Shown here piece by piece: positions 27,819 to 37,455 of a stretch of 64,000 nt of DNA (positions within the stretch are counted from its first letter, which is position 1; each line of letters starts with the position of its first letter). The stretch covers positions 224,001 through 288,000 of the forward strand of contig JBMNFY010000010.1 in assembly GCA_050949565.1 (NCBI GenBank), read 5' to 3'. Made by a program: the position numbers and the translations under genes. The notes below the pieces were generated by a model, which was not told the DNA's origin, searched no databases, and saw only the letters and a program-made list of their open reading frames with translations. Source of the DNA: Kiritimatiellia bacterium (lineage in GTDB: Bacteria > Verrucomicrobiota > Kiritimatiellia > RFP12 > UBA1067).

Positions 27819-30611
27819 ATGCTCAGTTTCCGTACAGTGTGGGTGACACGGCCGCCGGGACGACAATCGCCGATCTTCGACCTCTTCAAGGGTGATGAGG
27901 GTGAGGCTGCCGATAGTGAGCAGGAGACGCTCTACATCACTCAGGATACGGTTGCGTTTGAAGGATTGCTGCCGTCCGAACGCGCGTATGCAGTCGATGT
28001 GCTGGCCCTACATGCTTTCGCCTTTCCGGACACGCCGGAGGATAACGCGGCGGAGCACTTGCGTCAGGGTGGTGCCAGCGGTGCGGGCCTCTGGGAGGTT
28101 TGGCGCACGATCGAAGCGCGGTTGGCAGCGTTGCCGCTCTGGACGCTGGAGACCATCGAGTTGATATTGCGCGATCTGGACGAACGCGGTCTGGCGCGCG
28201 TGTTCGGTCATTTTGCCGAGTGTGCCCGGCGCGCCGGAACGCGATGCGGGCCGTGGCTGGAAACCTTTACGCCCGATGCGCGCCGGAACGAGCGGCGTAC
28301 CTTGCCGCCGCATGCTGACTGCACCCCGCTGGACGTTGACCGCCTTGCCTCGCATCTGCTGCCCGGCGGCACCTTCTCGCGCCTGATGCCCGGTTATGAA
28401 TCGCGTCCCGGACAGGTGGAGATGCTGCGCGCGGTCGCGCGGGCTTTCAGCGAGGGCCGACACCTATTGGTTGAGGCTGGTACCGGTGTCGGCAAGAGCA
28501 TTGCCTACCTGATCCCCGCCGCCGCATGGGCGTTGCTCAACGATGTGCCGGTGGTGGTCAGCACCAATACGCGCAACCTACAGGCACAGCTTATCGAAAA
28601 AGATTTGCCGCTGGTCCGCGCGGCGGTGTGCGGCAACGACAGCGCCACTCTACGCGTGGCTGTACTGAAGGGGCGCTCGAACTATGCTTGTCTACGGCGG
28701 ATCGCACTCCTGTTGGAGCAGAGTCACTTTGAACTCGAACGTCCCGAACTGCGCCGCTTCGCCTTGGCGTTGGCTTGGATAGCGCAGTCACCTGATGGCG
28801 ATCTCGACACCTTTGCCGGCGCGGGTCATGCCGATGCCGTGTTTCTTGCCAAACTGTCGTCGACCGCTGAAGAGTGTCCCGGACGCGCCTGCCGCTATTG
28901 GCGTCGATGCTTTTTGCAGAAGGCGCGTGCCCGCGCCGCCGCCGCGCATGTGGTCATTGCCAACCACGCGCTGGTTTTTGCCGAGTCGCAGGCCCCCGGT
29001 ACCGCTTTGCCACCTCATGCTCAAATCGTATTCGACGAAGCGCACAACTTGGAGGAGGCGGCGACACGCCATCTTTCCACAGAGTTGACCCAAGCGCGCC
29101 TCAACCAGTTGTTGCGACGTTTGAGCCGTGGTCGCGGCAACCGTGCGGGCGGCGTGTTGGAGGTGTTACGCAATCACCTTCAAAAGGGCGCGATAACGAC
29201 CAACGAAGCATCAGCCAAAGCGTTGCGGCGACAGATCCGCCAGATTCGCAGCGCACTGGAAGAGGTGCAGAATAGCGCCCGCATCTTGTTCGAGGAACTG
29301 CATGGCCTCATCCAGCCGGGCCATGACCCGGTACGTTTCCGCTGTGTGCCGTCCTCCGCCGCAGTGTCTGTGGAAGCCGACGACCTGTTTGCCGATGACG
29401 AGGGTGACGATGCGGCGACGATGTGCGCAGATGGGATGCCGTTTTCCGGTGCATTCACGCGCGAGGTGTGCCGCGACAAACAGTTCGCAGCGTGCCAGGG
29501 CGGTTGGGATGAGGCCGAGGTTCAGCGTTGTCGGCTGGCCGTTAAACATGCGGTTGCGGAGGCCTCTGGCCTGTTGCTGGAGTTGGGCGAGGCGCTGCGC
29601 CAGACCACGGAGGGCGAACTCGCGCTGTATGATGATCAGGCGGCGAATGTCGAGGGTGCGGCAGCGGCGTTGCGTGCCTTCGCGTTGGATATGGATTTCA
29701 TTCTGGCCGCCACCGATACGGAGCATGTCTTTTGGGCGGAGCCGCCGAGCCGCAGTGCCGGGACTGCCAATCTTTACGCCGCGCCGCTGAGCATCGGTGA
29801 GGCGTTGGCCGAGTTGCTCTACCGGCAGAAGGCAACGGTGGTGTTCTGTTCAGCGACTCTGCGCGTCGGCAGTTCATTCGGCTATATCAGCCGACGTCTG
29901 GGGATCGATCGCCTTGAACCTGAACAGCTCATGACCTGTGTGGCGGAGAGTCCGTTCGACTACCTGACGCAGTGCGCGGCTCTAGCTCCCGTCTTTTTAC
30001 CTCCGCCCACCGGCTCCACCGGCGGCAGCTATTCCGAGCAACTCTGCGGTCTGATGCTGGATGTCTTCACGCGGACACGCGGTCGCGCCATGGGGCTCTT
30101 CACCAGTTACGAGATGATGAACCAAGTCGCGCGCCTGCTGGAAGAGCCGTTGCGCGCGGCGGGCATCCGGTTGTTGGTACACGGCACGAACGGAACGCGC
30201 GACCAGATCACGCGGATCTTTCGCTCGGGCGGTTCCTGTGTGCTGCTCGGTACCCATTCATTCTGGGAGGGCGTGGATGTGGCGGGCGAGGCGTTGAGCT
30301 GCGTGGTGATGGCGCGCCTGCCGTTTGCCGCCGTGACAGATCCAATCGTCGAGGCGCGCTGCGAGCAGATCGAACGTGCGGGCGGTAGCGCCTTCCGCGA
30401 GTTCTCCCTGCCACAGGCGGTTATCCGCTTCCGGCAGGGGTTTGGCCGCTTGATCCGTACACGGGCGGATAGGGGAGTGGTGATTGTCGCGGACCCGCGC
30501 GTGATGACCAAGTCCTACGGCGCGACGTTCCGCAAAAGCCTGCCCTGCCCGCTGCTGCGCGTCGGGAGCCGTGACGAGCTGCTGACGCGCGTGGAAGTGC
30601 TCTTCACTTAA
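27819..30611 (+). CDS. DinG/YoaA family Fe-S DNA helicase
   Basis: RPGQ, EAGTGVGKS, KGRSNYAC, C-x4-C-x5-C cluster, ANH, DEAH, SATL, FWEGVD, QGFGRLIR. Confidence 0.93.
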   Translation: MLSFRTVWVTRPPGRQSPIFDLFKGDEGEAADSEQETLYITQDTVAFEGLLPSERAYAVDVLALHAFAFPDTPEDNAAEHLRQGGASGAGLWEVWRTIEARLAALPLWTLETIELILRDLDERGLARVFGHFAECARRAGTRCGPWLETFTPDARRNERRTLPPHADCTPLDVDRLASHLLPGGTFSRLMPGYESRPGQVEMLRAVARAFSEGRHLLVEAGTGVGKSIAYLIPAAAWALLNDVPVVVSTNTRNLQAQLIEKDLPLVRAAVCGNDSATLRVAVLKGRSNYACLRRIALLLEQSHFELERPELRRFALALAWIAQSPDGDLDTFAGAGHADAVFLAKLSSTAEECPGRACRYWRRCFLQKARARAAAAHVVIANHALVFAESQAPGTALPPHAQIVFDEAHNLEEAATRHLSTELTQARLNQLLRRLSRGRGNRAGGVLEVLRNHLQKGAITTNEASAKALRRQIRQIRSALEEVQNSARILFEELHGLIQPGHDPVRFRCVPSSAAVSVEADDLFADDEGDDAATMCADGMPFSGAFTREVCRDKQFAACQGGWDEAEVQRCRLAVKHAVAEASGLLLELGEALRQTTEGELALYDDQAANVEGAAAALRAFALDMDFILAATDTEHVFWAEPPSRSAGTANLYAAPLSIGEALAELLYRQKATVVFCSATLRVGSSFGYISRRLGIDRLEPEQLMTCVAESPFDYLTQCAALAPVFLPPPTGSTGGSYSEQLCGLMLDVFTRTRGRAMGLFTSYEMMNQVARLLEEPLRAAGIRLLVHGTNGTRDQITRIFRSGGSCVLLGTHSFWEGVDVAGEALSCVVMARLPFAAVTDPIVEARCEQIERAGGSAFREFSLPQAVIRFRQGFGRLIRTRADRGVVIVADPRVMTKSYGATFRKSLPCPLLRVGSRDELLTRVEVLFT

Positions 30612-30748
30612 GGGACGGGTTACCTTGCCAGACAGCTTGACCGCTTGCGTCTGGTATTTTGTTGTCCGCGAAAAAACACGATTGATAATGCCTGCCGGTA
30701 AAGCGTACGCTGACGGCGCGCCCTTTTTGTGGGGGCGCACGGAGCCCG

Positions 30749-32428
30749 GTGCGGCACGGGCGGCGGGGAGATAGCACGATGGATGGAAATCTTTTTTGCG
30801 GCGGAACGGATGCCGGCGGGACGGCGTTTATCGGGCTGCCGGGTATTTTGCTTGACATCCCCGACATCATCTGCCTCGGCCCGGACAACAGCGCGTCCTT
30901 TTCCGTGTCGGCCAGCTTCGTGCCCGACGGCGAGGAGATCGCGGGGCAACCGCAGTGGTTCGTCAGCAGCGGGACCGCCACGCCGGAGAGCGGCAACATG
31001 GAGACATGGGTGGACGCGGTTTTCCCCGCGCCCGCGCAGCAGGCCCAGGGGGCACCCGCACCGATGGGCGCGGGCGTGGAAACAAACGGTTCGCCGTCGA
31101 TCACGGCAGAGATCGGCGACAGAACCGTCACGCGCACGCTCGATCCGTCCACGCCGGACGACCCCGACGAACCAGACCCTTGGGACGGCCGGCGTTTCAT
31201 CACCCGCTCCTACGGCGGCGGCACGGAACCGGTGGCGCTGACCTACGCGCTCGCGCACAGCAGCAATGCCGTGACGTTCGCGTGGCACGGGCATCAGGAG
31301 GACACGGTGCTGGAGTGGAGCATCAGCGGGAGCGGGCCGCGCTTTCTCAAGGACGGGCAGGAGGTGTCCAAGGTGACACGGGACCTCTCGGTCTCGGTCC
31401 TGCCGCGCGGGACGGTTTCGAACTTCAAGATCAGGGCGAAGGTCCTGACGCAACTTGGCACGGTCATCACGCGGCAGACCGAGCTGCGCGTGATCAGAAT
31501 CATCGCCGAGCCGGTTCTGTCGTTCGATCAGGGCGCGCCGGTAAATCCCTGCGGTCTTTTCGTCGGCGGCTCCGCAACCTTCCAGATCACATTTTCATCG
31601 AACGTCAGGGCAGAGGATGTGCAGTGGTCCGTTGCCGACGGCAACGCCGCGCTCGCCTTCGGTCCGCAAAGCACCGCGCCCCAGATCGTGGTCGGCCTCG
31701 CGCCGGGCACGGAAACGCTGGCCGCCAATATCGCGCACTACGTCGGCCCGCCGCCGCAATTCAATTTCGAGGTGTACCCCTATGCCGACCCTATCGCCTT
31801 GCATTTCATGCTCATCTGCGATAACAACGGTAACCACGCCGGATCGGCGTCCGACATCCCCGGCCTCATCACCGGTGTCAACGACATCTACCGCCAGGAG
31901 GGGCTCCGCTTTGCGCAGGCCTCCGTTTCGTACACGAATGAGATATCTTGGTACCTCAATTCGGAGATCAGCAATATTCAGCGAGAAATCGTCAACGTCA
32001 TGACCAACACAGGCGGGCTTGAAATCTATATCGTTCCGAATATCGCGCCCGGCGTTGCGGGAAGAAGTTTAGGTAGTCAAGGAATATTAGTCAACGGAAG
32101 CGTCACCTCTCATATTCTTGCGCACGAGATCGGACATCGATGCGGCTGGAAGGACATCTACATCTCGCGGCCAAATGTCCCGCCTGTGAGCGGTCCCGTC
32201 TCCATTGGCCGATTGCCGCTGGACTGGAACAACGGGCCGGGACCGGAGGAGTACTATCCGCGCGGGCTACAACAAGCTACACTGATTGTGCGACTCCTCA
32301 TGTATGGTACCACGGCGGGGGGCAAAGACATTCCAACTGGCTCGGTGTACGGGTTGAACAAAGAGAAGGTTCTTGCCAACATCGTAACCGGGGTGCAGAG
32401 TATGAACCGTACCCCATCCCATGACTAA
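30749..32428 (+). CDS. Metzincin-like zinc metalloprotease with beta-rich N-terminal stalk; possibly 5'-truncated
   Basis: LAHEIGHRCGWKD (HExxHxxGxxD) plus downstream LLMYG Met-turn-like motif; PD-rich linker; no clear signal peptide. Confidence 0.7.
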   Translation: MRHGRRGDSTMDGNLFCGGTDAGGTAFIGLPGILLDIPDIICLGPDNSASFSVSASFVPDGEEIAGQPQWFVSSGTATPESGNMETWVDAVFPAPAQQAQGAPAPMGAGVETNGSPSITAEIGDRTVTRTLDPSTPDDPDEPDPWDGRRFITRSYGGGTEPVALTYALAHSSNAVTFAWHGHQEDTVLEWSISGSGPRFLKDGQEVSKVTRDLSVSVLPRGTVSNFKIRAKVLTQLGTVITRQTELRVIRIIAEPVLSFDQGAPVNPCGLFVGGSATFQITFSSNVRAEDVQWSVADGNAALAFGPQSTAPQIVVGLAPGTETLAANIAHYVGPPPQFNFEVYPYADPIALHFMLICDNNGNHAGSASDIPGLITGVNDIYRQEGLRFAQASVSYTNEISWYLNSEISNIQREIVNVMTNTGGLEIYIVPNIAPGVAGRSLGSQGILVNGSVTSHILAHEIGHRCGWKDIYISRPNVPPVSGPVSIGRLPLDWNNGPGPEEYYPRGLQQATLIVRLLMYGTTAGGKDIPTGSVYGLNKEKVLANIVTGVQSMNRTPSHD

Positions 32429-32445
32429 TCAACTGAGGAGCAATA

Positions 32446-33795
32446 ATGACACTCACTAGCATTTTAGCGACTTTCACTATGATTGGTTTGGCACTCGTTT
32501 CTATTGAGGCGAATGCTCAGACAAACACAACCCATCTCGATGTTGGACTGGAAATACTGTTCAAACCGTTTCCAGAGAAGGAAAACGGTTCGTCTGAAGG
32601 CGATGATTCTAGGGTCGCCCGTGTGTTGGACTGGCTGGGATGCCGTAAAGGATTACCCATAACAAACGAAATAGATCGGATTCTATTTGCACCGCAAAGT
32701 CCTTATCGGCCAATAGCATTCTTCATTCGCCCATACTTTTCCGTGCCGAATGAAAGAAGCTTAGGGAGGCAAGTCGTGAGCACTCTTCCGTACATTGAAC
32801 GGAAAACATGTTATGTCACGGCATTGGAACACCTCGATTTCCGTAGAGATAAAGGGACTCGGCTGATGGCACAGGCGGATTCATTGTTACAGGATTGCGC
32901 TATAGCAGAGACAGGTGGATATCTGGCCGCTTTACTCGACAAAGGGCTGGTCGAAAATGCCAGTGGTTGGGCAGGGCGGAATGCCCGGAAACATGTTGCC
33001 GTCCGACATGTCAAAGTCGAGGGAGATGCGGGGGGGTATTTCCGTGCCGTTCTTGCTGAAATCGGCTCTCCTTCAAAGCCGTCTTTGACAACTGTCATTT
33101 CCGAACTTTGCGATGTTTATTTTTGTGGCACCGATGAGATTTCTATAGAAGAACAAGAGTTACACCAAAGCTTAAACATCATGCGGTTCGCCCAAGACCA
33201 CAACATGACTGAACCCGAAGCTGTCCGTTTGATGGCGGATGCACTTCGGGAAACTTTACGAAAAAAAGAAACTGATGAGCGCGGACGGTTAAATTTGTAT
33301 AGCCTGATCACAGCCCTCAGTCTAAGCCGAGGGTTCGGCACAGAAGGAGTCTTGCTTGATGCGGCATTTTCTGAATGGAACCCGAATCGTTATGCGAGCC
33401 TTTTAGGGTTTCTTCGGATTGCCTCACCCCAAGCCACTCTGAATGCTGCTCGGCGTGTGATTGACGACAAAACCAATTTTACTGCACTTGAGCGTAACGG
33501 TTGCTACAAGAAACTCGCCGAATTAGCCGGTTCTCGGGAAAGCGAAAGGACAGATATTCAGAATGAAATCGTGTCATTTCTACAAACCTCAACAGAAAGA
33601 GAGCCAGACGCTTTTATTTGTCATATGCTTGACGTAAAACTTTTGAATATTTTGCCGGATTGGGAAAATTCGGAGAACCGTAGAAAACTTGCCGCAAGAT
33701 TTGCGGATCAGGGTGACCAGAATGCTATCGGGTCTTATTTCCGAGAGGTGCTACAAAAGATCGATAACAGTTCACAAAGAGAAAAGCAAAAATGA
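32446..33795 (+). CDS. Secreted helical hypothetical protein (candidate protease partner/inhibitor)
   Basis: GAGGAG RBS, signal peptide ending ANA-Q, visibly lower GC than flanks. Confidence 0.75.
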   Translation: MTLTSILATFTMIGLALVSIEANAQTNTTHLDVGLEILFKPFPEKENGSSEGDDSRVARVLDWLGCRKGLPITNEIDRILFAPQSPYRPIAFFIRPYFSVPNERSLGRQVVSTLPYIERKTCYVTALEHLDFRRDKGTRLMAQADSLLQDCAIAETGGYLAALLDKGLVENASGWAGRNARKHVAVRHVKVEGDAGGYFRAVLAEIGSPSKPSLTTVISELCDVYFCGTDEISIEEQELHQSLNIMRFAQDHNMTEPEAVRLMADALRETLRKKETDERGRLNLYSLITALSLSRGFGTEGVLLDAAFSEWNPNRYASLLGFLRIASPQATLNAARRVIDDKTNFTALERNGCYKKLAELAGSRESERTDIQNEIVSFLQTSTEREPDAFICHMLDVKLLNILPDWENSENRRKLAARFADQGDQNAIGSYFREVLQKIDNSSQREKQK

Positions 33796-34040
33796 CGATG
33801 CCGCTCTCGCGGGATCATTTGTCGACTGCCGATTGGAACAACGGGCCGGGGCCGCAGGAATACTATCCGCGCGAGTTGCCGCTGGCAACGGTGATCAAGC
33901 GGTGCCTGATGTTCGGGTACACATCGGGCGGCAAGGACATTCCGGCGGGCCCAATCAAAGGGTATGACAAGGAAGGGAAGTTCGGCCCCGTTCCGGTCGG
34001 GACACAGGGGATGGAACGAAGACCGGCTCACAGTGAATAA
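33792..34040 (+). pseudogene. Orphan alternative C-terminus of the metalloprotease
   Basis: DWNNGPGPQEYYPR...CLMFG..GGKDIP aligns to DWNNGPGPEEYYPR...LLMYG..GGKDIP of 30749..32428; lacks HExxH. Confidence 0.85.
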
Positions 34041-34070
34041 TCCTACGTGATGAAAGCAAAGGAGGAAGCA

Positions 34071-34592
34071 ATGAGAATCAGGTGTGTTTTTTTGACCGCG
34101 TTGATGTTCGGCATGTGTTGGGTTGCCTTGGGGCAATATGTAAGCCCGACAGACTCTGCAACGCGTATCCATAGGGTGGCTCCGACGACGAGGCCGTGGT
34201 ATGAACCGGACGACTCGCTGGTGTCGATGACGTTTCTCGCGGAAACGGTGGTCAAGCGGGTTCCCGCTGAACAGCGGAGAGCATGGTATAACGATTCGCG
34301 CCGCCTCTCCTTCAAACCCGCGATAGACGCGCAATATATCGACCGCCCGTCCCGCGAGGCACTCCGTTTCGCGCACTTCCTTTTTACGGAGGCTCTTGCA
34401 AAACCCCTCGTGGCATGGGCGTCCCGCCCATGAAACACGGGCAAGATGCCCGTGCCACACCTGCACGCAAGGGGTTTTGCAAGAGCCTCTACGGTAAAAC
34501 AGATCGAGAGCGACCCCGAGTGCCTGCGAGCCATCGGGAATCCCGTCGATCCGAAGCGGGAGTGTCAACAAGAGAGAAAGGATAAAAAATGA
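34071..34592 (+). pseudogene. Secreted hypothetical protein interrupted by MITE copy 3
   Basis: GGAGG RBS and signal peptide; removing the MITE plus one TACG restores the frame (...HFLFT-VKQIESDPEC...KDKK*) ending in an ATGA overlap with the next gene. Confidence 0.8.
34389..34489 (+). mobile_element. 101-bp MITE copy 3
   Basis: Perfect TIR GAGGCTCTTGCAAAACCCCT / AGGGGTTTTGCAAGAGCCTC; TACG target duplication. Confidence 0.92.
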
Positions 34593-35341
34593 TGACGATG
34601 CTGATGGGTGTTTTGCTGTGCTTTTTAGGCGCTTTTCATGCGTCCGCCGCTGTGGTGTCGCAATGCGAGGCTGTCGCGGACAGAGTGCTCGTGAATGCGG
34701 ATGGTTGTGTGCTGTCATGGATATCTTTGCGCGAAGGGGCGGCATGGAGCCCGGCCATCGCGGGGGCGACGTCTTGGGGATTGCCCGCGTTGGAAACGGA
34801 GGGGATCACGTTCGATACGCCGGGCGCCCCGGCCTCGCCGTTCTGCTCCAGTGCCATTTCGGTTTCGACGCTCTTCATCGTAGCGTGTCCGGCAGAATCA
34901 TCCAATCACTTTGCCGCACTTGTCGAGGCCCCCGGGGTGGCTGTGACAGTGGCTGCCCGTGCTTTGCCGCTGACCTACGACCCCGAGGATGCCGAAGGGC
35001 TTTCCGTACGCGTCAACGGCCAACCGGTGTTGACGTTTCCCGACGGGCGGCATATCGTGGAGGTTGATTTCGCGCAGGCTGTGCCCGGCTGCGACCTTCG
35101 GATAGGCGGGGTCTCGGCATGCGCTTCGTGGCGGCAATCGTGGCGCGGCCACATATCGGAGGTTGTCGCGTTTGACACGTCGCCCGATGAGGCTGTCCGT
35201 CGGACTGTCCGTAGCTACCTCGCCCGCCGCCACGGTGTCGCGGGATACTTCCCGCCGCCCGGACCCGAGGCCGTTCTGCAGGCCATGTCGCTCGGCCTGT
35301 ATACGCACGCCCTTTTCTCAACGCAGTTGTTCATGCGATAA
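34589..35341 (+). CDS. Secreted hypothetical protein, LamG/concanavalin-like
   Basis: Signal peptide; LRIGG...WRGHISEVVAFD...VRSYLARRHG typical of LamG-like C-termini. Confidence 0.6.
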   Translation: MMTMLMGVLLCFLGAFHASAAVVSQCEAVADRVLVNADGCVLSWISLREGAAWSPAIAGATSWGLPALETEGITFDTPGAPASPFCSSAISVSTLFIVACPAESSNHFAALVEAPGVAVTVAARALPLTYDPEDAEGLSVRVNGQPVLTFPDGRHIVEVDFAQAVPGCDLRIGGVSACASWRQSWRGHISEVVAFDTSPDEAVRRTVRSYLARRHGVAGYFPPPGPEAVLQAMSLGLYTHALFSTQLFMR

Positions 35342-35415
35342 ATTACGAACGTCTCGTACCGGTTTTTATAGGCACTTACTACTCATTACCTGTTACTTCT
35401 TACTCCGTGTGCTTG

Positions 35416-36378
35416 CTACGGCGCGTTACCGGCTGGCGCGGGTGGTGCCGTGAGCCGTTCCTTGCGGTTTTGCAGCACGGTTTGAAGCTGGGCCTTGGTG
35501 ATGCCGAAGTCCATGCGCACCGCACTGCCTTCACAGGTGATGCCGATCTGCGAGGCCAGTCCCGCCGCTTCCGGCTCTTCGGCGGCGCGCAACATGGCGA
35601 GGGCACGGAGGCCCATCAACGCCTGATACACCTGTTGCGCCGTTTGTTCATCCGCCGCGGTGACCGCGAGCGCGGTCTTGAGGGTCTCAGCGTTCGGCGT
35701 TCCGATCCGCAAGCTGAGCGACTTGGCCTGACGTAAGGCCTGGGCGGTGGGCTGTGTGCCCACGATATCCGCCAAGTCCGAAGCGTGAAGGGTCAGCACG
35801 TCGCCGGGCGAAGGCGTGAATGCCGCGCGCAAGGGCGTGTTGGCGGGAAGGCTGGGACGGCGCGCGGCCAGCACATCAAGCGCTTTCACCAGCGGACCGG
35901 CTTGATCGGAAAAGAGCGCGAGCCCCGGCTTGGCAAATGCTGCGTGTTTCGTTTTTTTGTCGGCCTTATCGTGCCAACGCTGGATCACAGTGCCGTGATA
36001 GTTGGAAGTGGAATAGTCATCGGCTCCCGCAAGGATGGTCGTTAGGCGCTGCGCGTCAAATCGGCCATAGATATAGGCGACGCCGCCTTTTGATGCATCG
36101 CCGTCGCCTGCGATCACGATATGGTCGATATCCTTTTTCAGGTTCACGCCGAACATCGCTTCGATAGCCGCGAGTTTGCGCTCAGCCTCCTGACGCTTGT
36201 CGGCGTCGATCTGATCGCGCACAAAAGAGAACAGCGGCGAGGCCTGCACCGCTTTCAGATCCAGCATCAGTACCCAGTGGGTCTGGGCGGAGAAATCACG
36301 CGCTTCGATAGCGTGGAGTCGGCAGGCGCACGCCAACATCAGCGCGGCCGTGAATGCGAAAGCAGGTTTCATAGTCAT
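35416..36378 (-). CDS. Secreted hypothetical protein
   Basis: Signal peptide, 320 aa, host-like codon usage, follows the DUF1080 gene. Confidence 0.75.
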   Translation of the reverse strand: MTMKPAFAFTAALMLACACRLHAIEARDFSAQTHWVLMLDLKAVQASPLFSFVRDQIDADKRQEAERKLAAIEAMFGVNLKKDIDHIVIAGDGDASKGGVAYIYGRFDAQRLTTILAGADDYSTSNYHGTVIQRWHDKADKKTKHAAFAKPGLALFSDQAGPLVKALDVLAARRPSLPANTPLRAAFTPSPGDVLTLHASDLADIVGTQPTAQALRQAKSLSLRIGTPNAETLKTALAVTAADEQTAQQVYQALMGLRALAMLRAAEEPEAAGLASQIGITCEGSAVRMDFGITKAQLQTVLQNRKERLTAPPAPAGNAP

Positions 36379-36414
36379 GGGGAGTTCCTTTCAGAAATCA
36401 ACGATGAACCGCAC

Positions 36415-37194
36415 TTACGGTTTCAGCGGCTTGATCTCCACTTTGCGGAAATCGACCGGGTGGCTTTCCGACTGAAGCGAGATACTGCCGCCCTCGATCA
36501 GCACATTACCGCCGTTCGCTTCAATCAAACGTTTGGCATCGCCGTCTTTCGGATCGTACTGCGGCTTGTCATATTGGAGGACCGTCACGCCGTCGATGCG
36601 GTGGATGATGGTCTGGCTACCGCGCGCTTCGACCTCCACGGTGACCCACTGATCGCCGTGATAGGTCTTCGATGTCGAGCTGAGTCCGTGAGGCGTGTAG
36701 AGTGCGCCGTCCCGCTCGACATTCGTGCCCGGTGTGCAGAGGTTGGCGGTTGTCCGGTTGCCGGAGCCGAGACCGCCGAGGAATTGGACCTCAATCGAAA
36801 CCGGGAAATCCTGATCTTTGCGCATCGACTCCGGCGACTGGCCGTGGACCATCACGCCGCTGTTGCGCTTGGCCCATCCCGGACCGTCGGGCAGTTGCTC
36901 GCCGACAAAGCGGTATTCGATGCGCAGGATGTAGTTGGTGAACGGGGTTTTGTAGAAAAGGTGTCCGAAGCGGTTTTTGAACGCACCGCCATATTCGTCG
37001 TAACGCACCTTGATCAGGCCGTCCTCGACACGGAACGTATTAGCGAAATTTTCGCCTGCTGGGTAACCCTTGATTTTGGGTGTCCAGCCATCCAGGTCCT
37101 TGCCGTTGAATAGCGGGGTCCATCCGTCGTTGGCCGATGCGCAACAGGCTGCGGCGAAAATCAAAGCGGCCAAACTTTTTGCGGTCAATGTCAT
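36415..37194 (-). CDS. DUF1080 (3-keto-disaccharide hydrolase family) protein
   Basis: WTPLFNGKDLDGW, NSGV, EVQ, GSISLQSE.HPVDFRKVEIK. Confidence 0.9.
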   Translation of the reverse strand: MTLTAKSLAALIFAAACCASANDGWTPLFNGKDLDGWTPKIKGYPAGENFANTFRVEDGLIKVRYDEYGGAFKNRFGHLFYKTPFTNYILRIEYRFVGEQLPDGPGWAKRNSGVMVHGQSPESMRKDQDFPVSIEVQFLGGLGSGNRTTANLCTPGTNVERDGALYTPHGLSSTSKTYHGDQWVTVEVEARGSQTIIHRIDGVTVLQYDKPQYDPKDGDAKRLIEANGGNVLIEGGSISLQSESHPVDFRKVEIKPLKP

Positions 37195-37293
37195 GTCGGG
37201 TCTCCTGAAAAGTTGAAAAACACACGTGTGAGACGATCAGGCCACGTAGCCTCAAGGTTGGGAACAGTGTTACATAAGCGCGCGTCGAAGGCA

Positions 37294-37455
37294 ATGTTGA
37301 ACCTGACATGTTGAACCTGAAAAGAGCAGTTGAACCTTCAACACCCTTTAGTTTCAGGTTTCATGGTTTCATCCCAATCGGGATCGCTATCGGGATCGAT
37401 TGTTTAACCACGGAACACGGAAGGGATAAAAACTCCTAACTCCTAACTCCTAAAT
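37294..37455. repeat. Cluster of several short-period repeats
   Basis: GTTGAACC x3, GTTTCA x3, ATCGGG/ATCGCT 6-mers, TTAACCACGGAACACGGAA, (ACTCCTA)3. Confidence 0.75.

Noticed and set aside
32221-34040. Protease C-terminus and its orphan copy as a DGR template/variable repeat pair
   Set aside because: Mismatches are not confined to adenines and no reverse transcriptase is in the window
33735-34745. 336-aa minus-strand ORF
   Set aside because: Antisense to three plus-strand genes and passes through the MITE; no recognisable motifs
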